Source of the DNA: an uncultured Methanosarcinaceae archaeon
Lineage (GTDB): Archaea > Halobacteriota > Methanosarcinia > Methanosarcinales > Methanosarcinaceae
Assembly (NCBI GenBank): GCA_963733675.1
Contig: CAVTET010000004.1
Location: forward strand, 128,001-192,000
Direction: 5' to 3'
Length of the DNA stretch: 64,000 bases
A program made the position numbers and the translations under genes. The notes below the pieces were generated by a model. The model was not told where the DNA came from, ran no database searches, and was given only the letters and a program-made list of their open reading frames with translations. Position 1 is the first letter of the stretch. Each line of letters starts with the position of its first letter. Below, piece after piece: positions 60,447 through 64,000 of this stretch.

Positions 60447-61031
60447 ATGTATAAAATGATGACACTAGTTGATACTGTTCGCATCCCTCCTACCTTGCTT
60501 GGGGAAGAAGTGATGTCAACTATTAAAAACGCTTTAAGGGAAAAACTGGAGGGACAAGTCGACAAAAAACTTGGTTCCCTCGTAGCTATTTGCAAGATCA
60601 CCGAAATTGGAGAAGGGCATATACTCGTAGGAGACGGGGCAGTATATTATGATGTGACGTTCGAAGCCGTCATGTTTGTACCTGAGCTCCAGGAAATAAT
60701 TGAAGGTGAAGTTGTGGAAGCCGTCGGTTTCGGAGTTTTCGTAGGCATGGGGCCAATGGACGGATTGCTTCACGTCAGCCAAATTACGGATGATTTTTTT
60801 TCATACGATTCCAAAAACGCGAGGCTTGTAACCAAAAATGGAAGCAAGTCAATCGCTGAGGGAGATCATGTGAGAGCCAGGGTTGTTGCAGTAAGCATCA
60901 ACGAAAGAGAGCCAAAAGAGAGCAAAATAGGACTTACCATGCGTCAGACTGCTCTTGGAAAACTTCAGTGGCTCGAAGAAGCCAACAAAAAGAAACAGCT
61001 TCATGAAGTTCTAAATGAAGGGACTGCATGA
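60447..61031 (+). CDS. rpoE1: RNA polymerase subunit Rpo7 (E')
   Basis: VRIPP, GDGAVYY, GPMDGLLHVSQI, KIGLTMRQ. Confidence 0.95.
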   Translation: MYKMMTLVDTVRIPPTLLGEEVMSTIKNALREKLEGQVDKKLGSLVAICKITEIGEGHILVGDGAVYYDVTFEAVMFVPELQEIIEGEVVEAVGFGVFVGMGPMDGLLHVSQITDDFFSYDSKNARLVTKNGSKSIAEGDHVRARVVAVSINEREPKESKIGLTMRQTALGKLQWLEEANKKKQLHEVLNEGTA

Positions 61032-61056
61032 AAAGAAACAAAAAAGAGGATTTTTA

Positions 61057-61242
61057 ATGACAGAAAAAGTTTGTCGTCACTGCATGAGGGTCTTGGAAGG
61101 ACAAAATTGCCCTATCTGCGGGACTTCAGATCTGGCAGAAGGATGGAGTGGGCTTTTAATTATTCTGGACGCTGAGCGCTCAAAAATCGCAAAAAAACTT
61201 GGGGTAGATATCCCAGATAGATTTGCCTTGAAGGTGCGCTGA
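61057..61242 (+). CDS. spt4: Transcription elongation factor Spt4 (RpoE'')
   Basis: CRHC...CPICG..WSG...SKIAKKLG...FALKVR. Confidence 0.93.
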   Translation: MTEKVCRHCMRVLEGQNCPICGTSDLAEGWSGLLIILDAERSKIAKKLGVDIPDRFALKVR

Positions 61243-61243
61243 T

Positions 61244-61831
61244 TTGAGAATTCAAATAGAACTGCCTAGAGAACTTCGCCCTCTTATGAAAAAACCTTTC
61301 GGTAAACTTTATGCAGGGAATGGCAGCGATACCATAGAGAAGTTTGTAGGGGAGCTTGCAAGCTCCACAAAACTTATATCCGTAGGGGATGTTACTACCT
61401 TCCACTTACTAGAAGCTGGGATTTTTCCGGACATCTGTATTGTGGACAATCGCACCAAAAGGAAACCTGTTGCTAGACATGTTTCGACTCGGAACATGGA
61501 CAACGTCTATGAAGAAGTTTCTGTGGAGAATCCAGCAGGGATTATTACAGATGAATTAATTAAAACCCTTTGTGAAGCTTTTACCTCCGAAAAGCCTATA
61601 AGGATTTTCGTAAAAGGAGAAGAAGATCTGGCCACCCTTCCTGTAATCTTGTTGGCTCCCCTGGGAGCTGTGGTTCTGTACGGCCAACCTGATGAAGGCG
61701 TAGTTTTTGTGAAGGTCACTGAGGAAAAGAAAAGGGAGATAAGGACTCTATTTGAAAAACTCATCAGCGATAATCAGAATTACGAATTGGATAAAATACG
61801 GAGAATCTTAGATGGACATAAAGATCCTTAA
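61244..61831 (+). CDS. GTP-dependent dephospho-CoA kinase (DUF359)
   Basis: VGDVTT, VDNRTKR, GEEDLA, YGQPDEG. Confidence 0.9.
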   Translation: MRIQIELPRELRPLMKKPFGKLYAGNGSDTIEKFVGELASSTKLISVGDVTTFHLLEAGIFPDICIVDNRTKRKPVARHVSTRNMDNVYEEVSVENPAGIITDELIKTLCEAFTSEKPIRIFVKGEEDLATLPVILLAPLGAVVLYGQPDEGVVFVKVTEEKKREIRTLFEKLISDNQNYELDKIRRILDGHKDP

Positions 61832-62117
61832 AGACAAAAAAAATGCACTTTTAAACAGAAGGGAACTGAATTTCATAGTGAAATATGAAGGTTCGACTCC
61901 TTCCAGAAATGATGTCAGGAATAAACTTGCTGCAATATTGAATGCACCCCTTGAAATGCTAGTAATCCAGAGAATCAAAACAGAATACGGAATGCAGGAA
62001 AGTAAGGGCTATGCCAAACTCTACGAAAATGCAAATCGCATGAAAGAAGTAGAACTGGAATACATCTTGAAGAGAAAACAAGCTCCCTTAGAAGAAACTG
62101 AGGGGAAAGAGGCCTAA
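61812..62117 (+). CDS. rps24e: 30S ribosomal protein S24e
   Basis: [18 protein letters not shown]. Confidence 0.95.
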   Translation: MDIKILKDKKNALLNRRELNFIVKYEGSTPSRNDVRNKLAAILNAPLEMLVIQRIKTEYGMQESKGYAKLYENANRMKEVELEYILKRKQAPLEETEGKEA

Positions 62118-62140
62118 AACCTTGATAGAGGTGTATACAC

Positions 62141-62290
62141 ATGCCAGTTAAAAAATACTATAAAGTCCAGGGCGATTCAGTAACCAGACTCAAGCAATTC
62201 TGTCCAAGATGTGGACCAGGTGTATTCCTTGCCGAACACAAAAACCGCCTTGCCTGTGGAAAGTGCGGTTATACTGAATTCAAGAAGTAA
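62141..62290 (+). CDS. rps27ae: 30S ribosomal protein S27ae
   Basis: [49 protein letters not shown]; below the ORF-track cutoff. Confidence 0.95.
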   Translation: MPVKKYYKVQGDSVTRLKQFCPRCGPGVFLAEHKNRLACGKCGYTEFKK

Positions 62291-62699
62291 TCTATTTTAT
62301 AAAATAATTTAAATGAATTAGGAATGCTACAGTATTAATAATCTCATAGTTCCGAAATCATTTCTACAAATCAGAAAAATATCCAATAAAATTATTTAAA
62401 GCAATGAAGTGGTTAATTAAAACAACGGAAAATAACTCCACTTTTGGTATAGACACAACCAGTTTATTTCCTATATTTTTTAAATTAGGTAGTATCTTTG
62501 ATAAATTAATTTATCTGATTAAGTAAACTATGGATATCAAGAAGTTTTTAATTTTTATTTCATGCTGTTACAGCCTCTACAAATTCTCTTGAGTCTACAA
62601 CCAACGATCTAAGGTCAGAAATACGAGAATAAGAATTTATTAAATTTATATTATTTTGGATTAAATAAAAGTTGTGGTGCTGCACTCATTTTGAAAAAA

Positions 62700-63244
62700 C
62701 GTTGTATGTTCATATTACCACGCTGGTTATATAGAAATTGTTCACAATCAATTGTTTTTATTTGCTAAGTATGCTTTGTTTTCGTTCTGCATTCCCTTGT
62801 TTTGAACATACCTTTTAATTACATCGGAAGTTGTGCCATCAACCGCAGTTCCAATGTAATCTCAATTACTCTTAAGTCGATCAAATACAACTGTTTTTAA
62901 ATTTCAGAGTATTCTTCAACAACTTTTCTTGCTGTGGTACCTTTTATAATCTGCATCACTATTGAAAAAAAATAGTTTAGTTCAGCACCAATGAAAAGAT
63001 GTAAATGATCATCACCAATAGAGATTACATCAAACTAAAAACAATATCTCTTACCATTTTAAAGCGAATATATTTCAAAATCGTTGATTCTATCATTGCC
63101 TAAATGAAATTTCTCACGATATTCATGCAAATAAAAACAATATGATATCTTAGAGGATTTCGAGAAGCTCCTAAATTTGATCACATGATTATAAGTTATA
63201 TATAAGTTACTAGTGAAAATTAGAGAGGTTTAACAGAATTCTCC
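62700..63244 (-). mobile_element. Second IS200 tnpA relic fused to the 91-bp MITE
   Basis: Reverse complement homologous to 51163-51660, with the same MITE/tnpA junction; GDDHLHLFIGAE motif. Confidence 0.7.
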
Positions 63245-63409
63245 TTATTTTTATAAACACAATAGTTTGAATTCCGTAATTACATTTTAGAGTTCAAAAG
63301 TAGATAAAAATATGAATCAGTTAGTTGACAAAGGTTTTCGGGGAAGTTTGCATTCCCATTGAAAGCTAAAGGTATTCGATTTGAATAAAAAAAAGTGAAA
63401 ATTCAGTTT

Positions 63410-64000
63410 TCACTTAAGACCATAGTGTTTTATATTCCAGTCTGCAGTGTCCTGGATTTTCTGGATTTCTTCTTCACCTCCTTCCATGGTGAAGAGGTGT
63501 TTGAATCTTTTTTGAGTTCTTAGGTATTCATCGACTGGCCTGGGATCCTTGATCCTCCTGACCTGCATTATTTCTCCGTATTCCATATCATACATCGGCC
63601 AGAGACCGGTTTCTACTGCGAGTTTGGCAATCTCCAAGGTCTTTGAAGTGTCAAAGCCCCAGCCTGTAGTACATGGGGAGTGGGAATGGATATATGTAGG
63701 GCCTACGATTTCTGTAGCTTTTTTTACCTTCCGGATCATGTCTCTTGGGAAGCCTATTGAGGTTGTGGCTACATACGGAGAGCCGTGAGCTGCAATAATG
63801 GCGGGCATATTTTTTTTTGGCCGCGGGTTTCCAAAGGAGAATTTTCCAGCTGGGCTTGTTGTGGTACTAGCATCGTACGGGGTTCCACTGCTGCGTTGGA
63901 TTCCAGTGTTCATGTAGGCTTCGTTGTCCATGCATATATAAGTGAAATCATGACCCCGCTCAAAAGCACCTGAAATGGCACCGATTCCGATGTCCATCGT
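63410..64000 (-). CDS. porB: Pyruvate:ferredoxin oxidoreductase beta subunit, 3' part
   Basis: [32 protein letters not shown]. Confidence 0.92.
   Translation of the reverse strand, partial: TMDIGIGAISGAFERGHDFTYICMDNEAYMNTGIQRSSGTPYDASTTTSPAGKFSFGNPRPKKNMPAIIAAHGSPYVATTSIGFPRDMIRKVKKATEIVGPTYIHSHSPCTTGWGFDTSKTLEIAKLAVETGLWPMYDMEYGEIMQVRRIKDPRPVDEYLRTQKRFKHLFTMEGGEEEIQKIQDTADWNIKHYGLK

Overview
Archaeal chromosomal segment, almost certainly Methanosarcina (egsA, purP and the aIF2g-PIN-rpoE1-spt4-DPCK-rps24e-rps27ae cluster, porB, MEDS and TPR proteins, archaeal nifI1/nifI2). 1-25 kb is an AT-rich accessory region full of pseudogenes, IS5/IS6/IS200 relics and MITEs; 52-64 kb is intact housekeeping DNA. 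The main feature is a ~20.9 kb integrative element (25951-46840) inserted inside the host dinB gene. It is bounded by a 7-bp direct repeat (ATACTAA) and 14-bp inverted arm repeats, and the missing dinB C-terminus resumes in frame at 46841. The element has a tyrosine integrase, a divergent wHTH/AbrB switch, a family A DNA polymerase module with an iteron-like palindrome array, a terminase-small-subunit-like gene and its own full-length dinB. Its cargo is an intact Fe-only nitrogenase operon (anfH-nifI1-nifI2-anfDGK-anfO plus an Anf3-like gene) and the deleted relic of a second nitrogenase operon that shares its promoter. All calls come from reading the sequence by eye; no database searches were run.
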